Origin: Eledone cirrhosa
Taxonomy: Eukaryota
Length of the DNA: 64,000 nucleotides
Assembly (NCBI GenBank): GCA_964016885.1
Contig: OZ024756.1
Span: 7,874,001 to 7,938,000 of the forward strand
Direction of reading: 5' to 3'
The position numbers and the translations under genes were made by a program. The notes beneath the pieces were generated by a model that was not told the DNA's origin, did not search any database, and worked only from the letters and a program-made list of their open reading frames with translations. This document shows, one piece after another, positions 1-15,477 of the stretch. Within the stretch, counting starts at the first letter, position 1. Each line of letters opens with the position of its first letter.

Positions 1-3000
1 ATGTAGGGAGTGTGATATATATAGTAAATCTATATATTAGATGATATAGTGAGTGTGATATATCTAATCTATATTCTTACTATATCTCACTCTCTACATT
101 ATCTAATCTATAGTCTTACTATATATATCACACTCTATACATTATCTAATTTATAGTCTTACTATGTCACACTCCCTACATTATCTAATCTATAGATGAC
201 ATAATGTAGAGTGTGAGATATAGTAAGACTATAAATTAAATAATGTAGAGAGAGTGGTATAGTAAGACTATAGATTAGATAATGTAGAGAAAGTGATATA
301 GTAAGACTATAGATTAGATAATGTACAGAGTGAGATATTTATCGTAAGACGATAAATTTGATTATGTAGAGAGTGTGATATAGTAAGACTATAGATTAGA
401 TAATGTAGAGAGTGTGATATAGTAACACTATAGATTTGATAAACTAGGGAGTGTGATATAGTAAGACTATAGATTAGATAATGTAGAGAGTGTGATATAG
501 TAAGACTATAAATTATATAATGGGGAGAGTGTTATATAGTAAGACTATAGATTAGATAATGTAGAGAGTGTTATATAGTAAGATTATAGATTAGATAATG
601 TAGAGCGTGTGATATAGTACGACTATAGATTAGATAATGTAGAGAGTGTGATATAGTAAGACTATAGATTAGATAATGTAGAGTGTGTGATATAGTAAGA
701 CTATAGATTAGATAATGTAGAGAGTGTAATATAGTAAAACTATAGATTATATAATTGGCAGAGTGTGATATAGTAAGACTATAGATTACATAATGTAGAG
801 AGTGTAATATAGTAAAACTATAGATTATATAATTGGAAGAGTGTGATATAGTAAGACTATAGATTACATAATGTAGAGAGTGTGATATAGTAAGACTATG
901 GATTAGATAATGTAGGGAGAAAGATATAGTAAGACTATAGATTAGATAATGTAGAGTGTGTGATATAGTAAGACTATAGAATAGATAATATAGAGAGTGT
1001 GATATAGTAAGCCTATGGATTAGATAATGTAGAGAGTGTGATCTAGTAAGGCTATAGATTAGATAATGTAGAGAGTGTGATATATATAGTAAGACTATAG
1101 ATTAGATAATGTAGGGAGTGTGATATATATAGTAAAACTATAGATTAGATAATGTGGAGATTGTGATATAGTAAGACTATAGATTAGATAATCTAGAGAG
1201 TGTGATATATAAAGTAAGACTATAGATTAGATAATGTAGGGAGTGTGATATATATAGTAAATCTATATATTATATTATATAGAGAGCGTGATATACCTAA
1301 TCTATATTCTTAATATATCTCACTCTCTACATTATCTAATCTATTGTCTTATTATATATATCACACTCTCTACATTATCTAATCTATGAATTAGATAATG
1401 TAGAGAGTGTGATATAGTAAGACTATAGATTAGATAATGTAGAGATTGAGATATGTATCGTAAGACTATAGATTAGATTATGTAGAGAGTGTGATATAGT
1501 AAGACTATAGATTAGATAATGTAGAGAGTGTGATATAGTAAGACTATAGATTTGATAATGTAGAGAGTGTGATATGTATCATAAGACTATAGATTAGATA
1601 ATGTAGACAGTGTGATATAGTAAGACTATAGATTAGATAGTGTAGAGAGTGGGATATAGTAAGACAATAGATTAGATAATGTAGAGCGTGTGATATACTA
1701 AGACTATTGATTATATAATGTAGAGAGTGAGATATAGTATGACTATAGATTAGATAATATATAGTGTGTGATATAGTAATACTATAGAGTAGATCATATA
1801 GAGAGTGTGATGTATTAAGACTATATATTAGATAATTTAGAGAGTGTGATATAGTAAGACTATAGATTAGATAATGTAGAGAGTGTGATATAGTAAGACT
1901 ATAGATTATATAATGTAAAGAGTGAGATATAGTAAGACTATTGATTATATATTGCAGAGAGAGAGATATAGTAAGATTATAGATTAGATAATGTAGTGAA
2001 TGTGATTTATATAGTAACACTATAGATTTGATAAGATAGAGAGTTTGATATAGTAAGACTATAGATTTAATAATGTAGATAGTGTGATATAGTAAGACTA
2101 TAGATTAGATAATGTAGAGAGTGTGATATATAAAATAAGACTATAGATTAGCTAATGTAGAGAGTGTGATATAGTAAGACTATAGAATAGATAACGAAAA
2201 GAGTGTGGTATATATAGTATGTCTATAAATTAGATAACGTATAGTGTGTGATATAATAAGATTATAGATTAGATAATGTAGAGAGTGTGATATAGTAAGA
2301 CTATAGATTAGATAATGTAGGGAGAAAGATATAGTAAGACTATAGATTAGATAGTTTAGAGAGTGTGATATAGTAAGACAATAGATTAGATAATGTAGGG
2401 CGTGTGATATAGTAAGACTATTTACTAGATAATGTATAGAGTGTGATATGTATCCTAAGCCTATAGATTAGATAATGTAGAGAGTGTGATCTAGTAAGAG
2501 TATAGATTATCTAATGTAGAGAGTGTGATATATCGAATCTATATTCTTACTATATCTCATTCTCTACATTATCTAATCTATAGTCTTACTATATATATCT
2601 CACTCTCTACATTATCTAATCTATAGTCTTACTATATATATGTCACTCTCTACATTATCTATTCTATAGTCTTACTATATCAAAATCTCTACATTGTCTA
2701 ATCTAACGTCTTACTATATATATCACACTCACTACATTATCTAATCTATAGTCTTACTATATATATCTCACTCACTACATTATTTAATCTAGAGTCTTAC
2801 TATATCACAGTCTCTACATTATCTAATATATGGTCTTATTATATCTCACTCTCTATAATATCTAATCTATAGTCTTGCCATATATATCTCCCTCACTACA
2901 TTATCTAATCTATAGTCTTACTATATATATCTCACTCTCTACATTAACTAATCTATAGTCTTACTATATCACACACTCTACATTATCTAATCTATAGTCT

Positions 3001-3299
3001 TACTATATCACACTCTCTACATTATCTAATCTATAGTCTTACTATATCACACTCTCTACATTATCTAACATATAGTCTTACTATATATATCTCACTCTCT
3101 ACATTAACTAATCTATAGTCTTACTATATCACACACTCTACATTATCTAATCTATAGTCTTACTATATCACACTCTCTACATTATCTTATCTATAGTCTT
3201 ACTATATCACACACTCTACATTATCTAATATATAGTCTTACTATATATATCACACTCTCTACATTACCTAATCTATAGTCTTACTCTATCACACTCTCT

Positions 3300-6200
3300 A
3301 CATTATCTAATCTATTGTCTTACTATATATATCACACTCTCTACATTATCTAATGTATAGACTTACTATATTGCACTCTCTACCTTATATAATATATAGT
3401 CTTACTATATCACACTCTCTACATTATCTAACATATAGTCTTACAGTATATATCACACTCTCTACATTAACTAATCTATTCTATTACTATATATATCACA
3501 CTCTCTACATTATCTAATTTATAGTCTTACTATATATATCACACTCTAAACATTATCTAATTTATAGTCTTACTATAATATATGGATGAGATGATGTAGA
3601 GCGTGAGATATAGGTAAGACAATAAATTATATAATGTAGAGATAGTGATATAGTAAGACTATAGATTAGATAATGTAGAGAGTGTAATATAGTAAGACTA
3701 TAGATTAAATAATGTAGAGAGTGTGATATAGTAAGACGATAGATTTGATAATCTAGGGAGTGTGATATAGTAAGACTATAGATTAGATAGTGTTGAGTGT
3801 GAGATATGTATATTAGACTATAGATTAGATAATGTAGAGAGTGTGAAATAGTAAGACTATAGATTAGATAGTGTAGAGAGTGGGATACAGTAAGACAATA
3901 GATTAGATAATGTAGAGCGTCTGATATAGTAAGACTATTGATTATATGATGCAGAGAGAGAGATATAGTATGACTATAGATTAGATAATGTAGAGAGTTT
4001 GATATAGTAAGACTATAGATCAGATAATGGAGATAGTGTGATATAGTAAGACTATAGGTTAGATAATGAAGTGTGTGTGATATAGTAAGACTATAGATTA
4101 GATAATATAGAAAGTGAGATATGTATCGTAAGACTATAGATTAGATTATGTAGAGAGTGTGATATAGTAAGACTATAGATTAGATAATGTAGAGTGTATG
4201 ATATATATACTAAGACTATAAATTAGATAATCTAGGGTGTGTGATATATATAGCAAGACTATAGATTAGATAATGTAGACAGTGTGATATAGTAAGACTA
4301 TAGATTATATAATGGGGAGTGTGTGATATAGTAAGACTATAGATTAGATAATGTAGAGAGTGTGATATAGTAAGACTATAGATTAGATAATGTAGGGAGA
4401 ATGATATAGTAAGATTATAGTTTAGATAATGTAGAGATAGTGATATAGTAAGACTATAGATTAGATAATATAGAGAGTGTGATTTAGTAAGACTATAGAT
4501 TAGATAATGTAGAGATAGTGATATAGTAAGACTATAGATTAGATAATATAGAGAGTGTGATATAGTAAACCTATAGATTAGATAATGTAGAGATAGTGAT
4601 ATAGTAAGACTATAGATTATATAATGTAGAGATAGTGATATATATAGTAAGACTATAGATTAGATAATGTAGAGAGTGTGATATATATAGTAAGACTATA
4701 GATTAGATAATGTAGAGAGTGTGATATATATAGTAAGACTATAGATTAGATAATGTAGGGAGTGTGATATATATAATAAAACTATAGATTAGATAAGGTG
4801 TAGAGTGTGATATAGTAAGACTATAGATTAGATAATGTAGAGAGTGTGATATATATAGTAAGAATATATGTTAGATAATGCAGAGAGTATTTTATATATA
4901 GTAAGACTATAGATTATATAATGTAGAGAGTGTTATATATATATAGTAAGACTATAGATTAGATAATGTAGGGAGTGTGACATATATAGTAAATCTATAT
5001 ATTAGATGATATAGAGAGTGTGATATATCGAATCTATATTCTTACTATATATCACTCTCTACATTATCTAATCTATAGTCTTACTATATATATCACACTC
5101 TCTACATTATCTAATCTATAGTCTTACTATATCACATTCTCTACATTATCTAATCTATAGTCTTACTATATCACACTCTCTACATTATCTAATCTATAGT
5201 CTTACTATATCACACTCTCTACATTATCTAACATATAGTCTTACTATATATATCTCACTCTCTACATTAACTAATCTATAGTCTTACTATATCACACACT
5301 CTACATTTCCTAATCTATAGTCTTACTATATCACACTCTCTACATTATCTAATCTATTGTCTTACTATATATATCACACTCTCTACATTATCTAATGTAT
5401 AGACTTACTATATTGCACTCTCTACCTTATATAATATATAGTCTTACTATATCACACTCTCTACATTATCTAACATATAGTCTTACTGTATATATCACAC
5501 TCTAAACATTATCTAATTTATAGTCTTACTATATATATCACACTCTAAACATTATCTAATTTATAGTCTTACTATGTCACGCTCCCTACGTTATCTAATA
5601 TATGGATGAGATGATGTAGAGCGTGAGATATAGTAAGACAATAAATTATATAATGTAGAGATAGTGATATAGTAAGACTATAGATTAGATAATGTAGAGA
5701 GTGTAATATAGTAAGACTATAGATTAAATAATGTAGAGAGTGTGATATAGAAAGACGATAGATTTGATAATCTAGGGAGTGTGAAATAGTAAGACTATAG
5801 ATTAGATAGTTTAGAGAGTGGGATACAGTAAGACGATAGATTAGGTAATGTAGAGCGTCTGATATAGTAAGACTATTGATTATATGATGCAGAGAGAGAG
5901 ATATAGTATGACTATAGATTAGATAATGTAGAGTTTGATATAGTAAGACTATAGATCAGATAATATAGAGAGTGAGATATGTATCGTAAGACTATAGATT
6001 AGATTATGTAGAGAGTGTGATATAGTAAGACTATAGATTAGATAATGTAGAGAGTATGATATATATACTAAGACTATAAATTAGATAATCTAGGGTGTGT
6101 GATATATATAGCAAGACTATAGATTAGATAATGTAGACAGTGTGATATAGTAAGACTATAGATTATATAATGGGGAGTGTGTGATATAGTAAGACTATAG

Positions 6201-6840
6201 ATTAGATAATTTAGAGAGTGTGATATAGTAAGACTATAGATTAGATAATGTAGAGATAGTGATATAGTAAGACTATAGATTAGATAATATAGAGAGTGTG
6301 ATATAGTAAAACTATAGATTAGATAATGTAGAGATAGTGATATAGTAAGACTATAGATTATATAATGTAGAGATAGTGATATATATAGTAAGACTATAGA
6401 TTAGATAATGTAGAGAGTGTGATATATATAGTAAGACTATAGATTAGATAATGTAGAGAGTGTGATATATATAGTAAGACTATAGATTAGATAATGTAGG
6501 GAGTGTGATATATATAATAAAACTATAGATTAGATAAGGTGTAGAGTGTGATATAGTAAGACTATAGATTAGATAATGTAGAGAGTGTGATATATATAGT
6601 AAGAATATATGTTAGATAATGCAGAGAGTATTTTATATATAGTAAGACTCTAGATTATATAATGTAGAGAGTGTTATATATATATAGTAAGACTATAGAT
6701 TAGATAATGTAGGGAGTGTGATATATATAGAAAATCTATATATTAGATGATATAGAGAGTGTGATATATCGAATCTATATTCTTACTATATATCACTCTC
6801 TACATTATCTAATCTATAGTCTTACTATATATATCACACT
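3300..6840. repeat. Tandem duplication of a ~2.0/1.5-kb inversion-containing block; the second copy has internal deletions
   Basis: Shared rare markers: AATGTATAGACTTACTATATTGCAC (~3352, ~5393), TATGGATGAGATGATG (~3581, ~5601) and AGAATATATGTTAGATAATGCAG (~4861, ~6602). Confidence 0.8.
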
Positions 6841-9800
6841 CTCTACTTTATCTAATCTATAGTCTTACTACATATATCACACTCACTGCATTATCTAATT
6901 TATAGTCTTACTATATATATCACACTCTCTACATTATCTAATCTATAGTTTTACTATATCTCACTCTCTACATTATCTAATTTATAGTCTTACTATATAT
7001 ACCACACTCTCTTTGTTATGTATTCTATAGTCTTACTATATCACACTATCTACATTATCTAATCTATAGTCTTACTATATATATCACACTCTCTACATTA
7101 TCTAATCAATTGTCTTACTATATCACACTCTCTACATTATCTACTCTATAGTCTTACTATATCACACTCTCTACATTATCTAATCTATTGTCTTACTATA
7201 ACATTCCCGCTATATCATCTAATCTATAGTCTTACTATATCACACTCTCTGCATTATCTAATCTATAGTCTTACTATATCAAACTCTCTACATTATCTAA
7301 TTTATAGTCTTACTATATATACCACACTCTCTTCATTATCTATTCTATAGTCTTACCATATCTCACTCTCTAGATTATCTAATCTATAGTCTTACTATAT
7401 CACACTCTCTACATTATCTAAACCATTGTCTTACGATATATATCTCACCCTCTACGTTATATAATCTATCGTCTTACTATGTCTCACACTCTACAATATC
7501 TAATCTATAGTCATACTATATATATCTCACTTTCTACATTATCCGATCTATAGTCTTACTATATATCACACTCTCTACATTATCTATTCTATAGATGAGA
7601 TAATGTAGAGAGTGAGATATAGTAAGACTATAGATTAGATAATATAGAGAGTGAGATAAAGTAAGACAATATATTAGATAATGTAGAGAGAGTGATATAG
7701 TAAGACTATAGATTAGATAATGTAGAGAGTGTGATATATATAGTAACACTATAGATTAGAAATTGTAGAGTGTTTGATATAGTAATACTATAGATTAGAT
7801 TATGTAGAGAGTGTGATTTAGTAAGATTATAGATTAGATAATGTAGAGAGTGTGATATATTAAAACTATAGATTAGATAATCTATAGTCTTACTATATCA
7901 CACTCTCTATATTATCTAATTTATAGTCTCACTATATCTCACTCTCTATATTATCCAATCTATTGTCTTACTATATATATCACACTCTCGATATTGTCTG
8001 ATCTATAGAGTTAGTATATCACTCTCTCTACATTATCTAATCTTTAGTCTTACTATATATATCACCCTCTCTATATTATCTACTATATAGTCTTACTATA
8101 ACACATTCTCTACATTAACTAATCTATAGTCTTACTATATATATCACACTCTCTACATTATCTAATCTATAGTTTTACTATATATATCACACTCTCTACA
8201 TTGTCTAATCCATAGTCTTACTATATATATCACACTCTCTACATTATCTAATTTATAGTCTTACTATGCCACACTCCCTACATTATCTAATCTATAGATG
8301 AGATAATATAGAGAGTGAGATAGAGTAAGAAATTTGATTAGATAATACAGAGACTGTGATATAGTAAGACCATAGATTAGATAGTGTAGAGAGTGTGATA
8401 TAGTAAGACTATAGATTAGATAATCTAGGGAGTATGATATATATAGTAAATCTATAGATTAGATAATGTAGAAAGTGTGATATTGTAAGACTATAGATTA
8501 TCTAATGGAGAGAGTGACATATATATAGTAAGACTATAGTTTAGATTATGTAGAGAGTGTCATATTTATAGTAAAACTATAGATTAGATAATGTAGAGAG
8601 TATGATAAATATAGTAAGACTATGGATTAGATAATGTAGGGAGTGTGATATATATATTATAAAACTATAGATTAGATAATGTGGAGAGTGTGATATGGTA
8701 AGACTATATATTAGATAATGTTGAGAGTCTGATATATTAAGACTATAGAGAGTGTTATATATATATAGTAAGACTATAGATTAGATAATGTAGAGAGTGA
8801 AATATATATAGTAAGACTATAGATTAGATAATGCAGAGAGAGTGTGATATAGTAAGACTATATATTAGATAATGTAGAAAGTGTGATATATATAGTAAAT
8901 CTATATATTAGATGATATAGAGATTGTAATATATCGAATCTATATTCTTACTATATCTCACTCTCTACATTATCTAGTATATAGTCTTACTATATATATC
9001 ACACACTCTACATTATCTAATCTATAGTCTTACTATATATATCACACTCTCTACATTATCTAATTTATAGTCTTACTATATATATCACACTCTCTACATT
9101 ATCTAATATATAGTCTCTAATATATCAAACGCTCTACATTATCTAATCCATATTCTTACTATATCTCACTCTCTACATTATCTAATATATAGTTTTACTA
9201 TATCACACACTCTACATTATCTAATCTATAGTCTTATTATAGCACACACACTACATTATCAAAACTATAGTCTTACTATATATTTCTCACTATCTACATT
9301 ATCTAATCTATAGTCTTACTATATCCCAGTCTCTACATTATCAAATCTATAGTCTTACTATATATATCACTCTCTCTACATTATCTAATCTACTGTCTAA
9401 CTATATCATTCTCCCTATATTATCTAATCTATAGTCTTACTATATCACACTCTTTGCATTATCTAATCTATAATCTTACTATAACTCACTCTCTAGATTA
9501 TCTAATCTATAGTCTTACTATATCACACTCTCTACATTATCTAAACTATTGTGTTACGATAGATATCTCACTCTCTACATTATATAATCTCTGGTCTTAC
9601 TATGTCTCACTCTCTACAATATCTAATCTATTGTCTTACTATATATATCTCACTCTGTACATTATCTGATTTATAGCCTTACTATATATATCACACTCTC
9701 TACATTATCTAATCTATAGTCTTATTATATATATCACACTCTCTACATTATCTAATTTATAGTCTTACTATGTCACACTCCCTACATGATCTAATCTATA

Positions 9801-11442
9801 GATAAGATAATGTAGAGAGTGAGATAGAGTAAGACTATATATTAGATAATGTAGAGAGAGTGATAGAGTAAGACTATAGATTAGATAATGTAGAGATAGT
9901 GATATAGTAAGAGTATAGATTCGAGAATGTAGAGAGTGTGATATATATAGTAAGACTATAGATTGAATAATGTAGAGAGTGTGATATAGTAAGACTATAG
10001 ATTATTTAATGGTGAGTGTGTGATATAGTAAGACTATAGATTAGATAATGTAGAGAGTGTGATATAGTAAGACTATAGATTAGATAATGTAGAGATAGTG
10101 ATATAGTAAGACTGTAGATTAGATAATGTAGAGAGTGTGATATAGTAAGACTATAGATTAGATAATGTAGAGATAGTGATATAGTAAGACTATAGATTAG
10201 ATAATGTAGAGTGTGTGATATAGTAAGACTATAGATTAGATAATGTAGAGAGTGTGATATAGTAACACTATAGATTAGATAATGTAGAGAGTGTGATATA
10301 GTAAGACTATAGATTAGAGAATGTAGAGAGTGTGATATATAGTGTATGACTATAGATTAGATAATGTAGAGAGTGTGATATATATAGTAAGACTATATAT
10401 TAGATAATGTAGAAAGTGTGATACATATAGTAAGACTTTAGATTAGATAATGTAGAGGGTGAGATATGGTAAGACTATAGATTAGATAATGTAGAGAGTG
10501 AGATATATATAGTAAGACTATATATTAGATAATGTAGAGAGTGTGATATATATAATAAAACTATAGATTAGATAAGGTGTAGAGTGTGATATAGTAAGAC
10601 TATAGATTAGATAATGTAGAGAGTGTGATATATATAGTAAGAATATATGTTAGATAATGCAGAGAGTATTTTATATATAGTAAGACTATAGATTATATAA
10701 TGTAGAGAGTGTTATATATATATATAGTAAGACTATAGATTAGATAATGTAGGGAGTGTGATATATATAGTAAATCTATATATTAGATGATATAGAGAGT
10801 GTGATATATCGAATCTATATTCTTACTATATATCACTCTCTACATTATCTAATCTATAGTCTTATTATATATATCACACTCTCTACATTATCTAATTTAT
10901 AGTCTTACTATGTCACACTCCCTACATGATCTAATCTATAGATAAGATAATGTAGAGAGGGAGATAGAGTAAGACTATATATTAGATAATGTAGAGAGTG
11001 ATAGATTAAGACTATAGATTAGATAATGTAGAGATAGTGATATAGTAAGAGTATAGATTCGAGAATGTAGAGAGTGTGATATATATTGTAAGACTATAGA
11101 TTAGATAATGTAGAGAGTGTGACATATATAGTAAGACTATAGATTGGATAATGTAGAGAGTGTGATATAGTAAGACTATAGATTATATAATGGGGAGTGT
11201 GTGATATAGTAAGACTATAGATTAGATAATGTAGAGAGTGTGATATAGTAAGACTATAGATTAGATAATGTAGAGAGTGTGATATAGTAAAACTATAGAT
11301 TAGATAATGTAGAGAGTGTGATATAGTAAGACTATAGATTAGATAATGTAGAGATAGTGATATAGTAAGACTATAGATTAGATAATGTAGAGAGTGTGAT
11401 ATAGTAAGACTATAGATTAGATAATGTAGAGTGTGTGATATA

Positions 11443-11669
11443 GTAAGACTATATATTAGATAGTTGTTTCTACTTTAAGCACAACGCCAGCAATTCACCA
11501 GTACGTTACTGGTACTTTATTTTATCGACCCCGTAAGGATGAACGGCAAAGATAACCGTGGCAAGATTTGAAATTAAACGGTAAAGTGACGTAACTATGC
11601 TAGAAAGCATGGCATCCAAACTTCTACGGATACTGCCAATCAACCATGTAAGACTATATCTATTAGATA
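11443..11669. repeat. Apparent ~20-bp target-site duplication around the SINE insert
   Basis: Left GTAAGACTATATATTAGATA (11443-11462) and right GTAAGACTATATCTATTAGATA (11648-11669). The monomer register restarts 20 bp back after the insert, and both sides lack the consensus G of ATAGATT. Confidence 0.7.
11463..11647 (-). mobile_element. tRNA-derived SINE-like insert, copy 1 (185 bp, variant a, B box mutated)
   Basis: Non-satellite sequence. The minus strand reads ATGGTTGATTGGCAGTATCCGTAG (A-box-like) ... TTTCAAATC (damaged B box) ... TTTGCCGTTCATCCTTACGGGGTCGATAAAATAAAGTACCAG. It is flanked by duplicated satellite sequence. The resemblance to Octopus SINEs is from memory. Confidence 0.8.
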
Positions 11670-14600
11670 ATGTAGAGAGTGTGATATAGTAAGACTATAG
11701 GTTAGAGAATGTAAAGAGTGTGATATATAGTGTATGACTATAGATAGATAATGTAGAGAGTGTGATATATATAGTAAGACTATAGATTAGATAATGTAGA
11801 AAGTGTGATACATATAGTAAGACTTTAGTTTAGACAATGTAGAGAGTGTGATATGGTAAGACTATAGATTAGATAATGTAGAGAGTGAGATATATATAGT
11901 AAGACTATATATTAGATAATGTAGAGCGTGTGGTATAGTAAGACTATAGATTAGATAAAGTAGAGAGTGAGATATATATAGTAAGACTATATATTATATA
12001 ATGTAGAGAGTGTGATATAGTAAGACTATAGATTATATAATGTAGAGTATGTGATATATATAGTAAAACTATAGATTTTCTAATGTAGAGAGTGAGATAT
12101 ATATAATAAGACTATAGATTAGAATATGTAGAGTGTGTGATATATATAGTAAGACTATAGATTAGATAAGGTGTAGAGTGTGATATATATAGTAAGACTA
12201 TAGATTAGATAATGTAGAGAGTGTGATATATATATTAAAATTATAGATTAGATAGTGTGGAGAGTGTGATATAGAATGACTATATATTAGATAATATTGA
12301 GAGTCTGATATATTAAGACTATAGATTAGATAATGTAGAGAGTGTGATATATCTTGAAAGAATATAGGTTAGATAATGCAGAGAGTATTTTATATATAGT
12401 AAGACTATAGATTAGATAATGTAGAGAGTGTGATATAAATAGTATGAGTATAGATTAGAGAATGTAGAGAGTGTGATATATAGGGTAAGACTATAGATTA
12501 GATAATGTAGAGAGCGTAATATATATAGTAAGACTATATATTAGATAATGTTGAGAGTCTGATATATTAAGACTATAGAGAGTGTTATATATATATAGTA
12601 AGACTATAGATTAGATAATGTAGAGAGTGAAATATATATAGTAAGACTATAGATTAGATAATGCAGAGAGAGTGTGATATAGTAAGACTATATATTAGAT
12701 AATGTAGAAAGTGTGATATATATAGTAAATCTATATATTAGATGATATAGAGATTGTAATATATCGAATCTATATTCTTACTATATCTCACTCTCTACAT
12801 TATCTAGTATATAGTCTTACTATATATATCACACACTCTACATTATCTAATCTATAGTCTTACTATATATATCACACTCTCTACATTATCTAATTTATAG
12901 TCTTACTATATATATCACACTCTCTACATTATCTAATATATAGTCTCTAATATATCAAACGCTCTACATTATCTAATCCATATTCTTACTATATCTCACT
13001 CTCTACATTATCTAATATATAGTTTTACTATATCACACACTCTACATTATCTAATCTATAGTCTTATTATAGCACACACACTACATTATCAAAACTATAG
13101 TCTTACTATATATTTCTCACTATCTACATTATCTAATCTATAGTCTTACTATATCCCAGTCTCTACATTATCAAATCTATAGTCTTACTATATATATCAC
13201 TCTCTCTACATTATCTAATCTACTGTCTAACTATATCATTCTCCCTATATTATCTAATCTATAGTCTTACTATATCACACTCTTTGCATTATCTAATCTA
13301 TAATCTTACTATAACTCACTCTCTAGATTATCTAATCTATAGTCTTACTATATCACACTCTCTACATTATCTAAACTATTGTGTTACGATAGATATCTCA
13401 CTCTCTACATTATATAATCTCTGGTCTTACTATGTCTCACTCTCTACAATATCTAATCTATTGTCTTACTATATATATCTCACTCTGTACATTATCTGAT
13501 TTATAGCCTTACTATATATATCACACTCTCTACATTATCTAATCTATAGTCTTATTATATATATCACACTCTCTACATTATCTAATTTATAGTCTTACTA
13601 TGTCACACTCCCTACATGATCTAATCTATAGATAAGATAATGTAGAGAGTGAGATAGAGTAAGACTATATATTAGATAATGTAGAGAGAGTGATAGAGTA
13701 AGACTATAGATTAGATAATGTAGAGATAGTGATATAGTAAGAGTATAGATTCGAGAATGTAGAGAGTGTGATATATATAGTAAGACTATAGATTGAATAA
13801 TGTAGAGAGTGTGATATAGTAAGACTATAGATTATTTAATGGTGAGTGTGTGATATAGTAAGACTATAGATTAGATAATGTAGAGAGTGTGATATAGTAA
13901 GACTATAGATTAGATAATGTAGAGATAGTGATATAGTAAGACTGTAGATTAGATAATGTAGAGAGTGTGATATAGTAAGACTATAGATTAGATAATGTAG
14001 AGATAGTGATATAGTAAGACTATAGATTAGATAATGTAGAGTGTGTGATATAGTAAGACTATAGATTAGATAATGTAGAGAGTGTGATATAGTAACACTA
14101 TAGATTAGATAATGTAGAGAGTGTGATATAGTAAGACTATAGATTAGAGAATGTAGAGAGTGTGATATATAGTGTATGACTATAGATTAGATAATGTAGA
14201 GAGTGTGATATATATAGTAAGACTATATATTAGATAATGTAGAAAGTGTGATACATATAGTAAGACTTTAGATTAGATAATGTAGAGGGTGAGATATGGT
14301 AAGACTATAGATTAGATAATGTAGAGAGTGAGATATATATAGTAAGACTATATATTAGATAATGTAGAGAGTGTGATATATATAATAAAACTATAGATTA
14401 GATAAGGTGTAGAGTGTGATATAGTAAGACTATAGATTAGATAATGTAGAGAGTGTGATATATATAGTAAGAATATATGTTAGATAATGCAGAGAGTATT
14501 TTATATATAGTAAGACTATAGATTATATAATGTAGAGAGTGTTATATATATATATAGTAAGACTATAGATTAGATAATGTAGGGAGTGTGATATATATAG

Positions 14601-15292
14601 TAAATCTATATATTAGATGATATAGAGAGTGTGATATATCGAATCTATATTCTTACTATATATCACTCTCTACATTATCTAATCTATAGTCTTATTATAT
14701 ATATCACACTCTCTACATTATCTAATTTATAGTCTTACTATGTCACACTCCCTACATGATCTAATCTATAGATAAGATAATGTAGAGAGGGAGATAGAGT
14801 AAGACTATATATTAGATAATGTAGAGAGTGATAGATTAAGACTATAGATTAGATAATGTAGAGATAGTGATATAGTAAGAGTATAGATTCGAGAATGTAG
14901 AGAGTGTGATATATATTGTAAGACTATAGATTAGATAATGTAGAGAGTGTGACATATATAGTAAGACTATAGATTGGATAATGTAGAGAGTGTGATATAG
15001 TAAGACTATAGATTATATAATGGGGAGTGTGTGATATAGTAAGACTATAGATTAGATAATGTAGAGAGTGTGATATAGTAAGACTATAGATTAGATAATG
15101 TAGAGAGTGTGATATAGTAAAACTATAGATTAGATAATGTAGAGAGTGTGATATAGTAAGACTATAGATTAGATAATGTAGAGATAGTGATATAGTAAGA
15201 CTATAGATTAGATAATGTAGAGAGTGTGATATAGTAAGACTATAGATTAGATAATGTAGAGTGTGTGATATAGTAAGACTATATATTAGATA

Positions 15293-15477
15293 GTTGTTTC
15301 TACTTTAAGCACAACGCCAGCAATTCACCAGTACGTTACTGGTACTTTATTTTATCGACCCCGTAAGGATGAACGGCAAAGATAACCGTGGCAAGATTTG
15401 AAATTAAACGGTAAAGTGACGTAACTATGCTAGAAAGCATGGCATCCAAACTTCTACGGATACTGCCAATCAACCAT
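15293..15477 (-). mobile_element. tRNA-derived SINE-like insert, copy 2 (variant a)
   Basis: Appears identical to copy 1 with the same flanks, offset by exactly 3,830 bp. Confidence 0.8.

Noticed and set aside
1544-2020. 158-aa ORF with a (SHSLHYLIYSLTI)n repeat
   Set aside because: The 39-bp monomer is a multiple of 3 and stop-free in one frame of the C-rich strand, so any run of 39-mers yields this 13-aa repeat. 43-mers break the frame at random, the ORF has no ATG start, and nothing suggests coding constraint.
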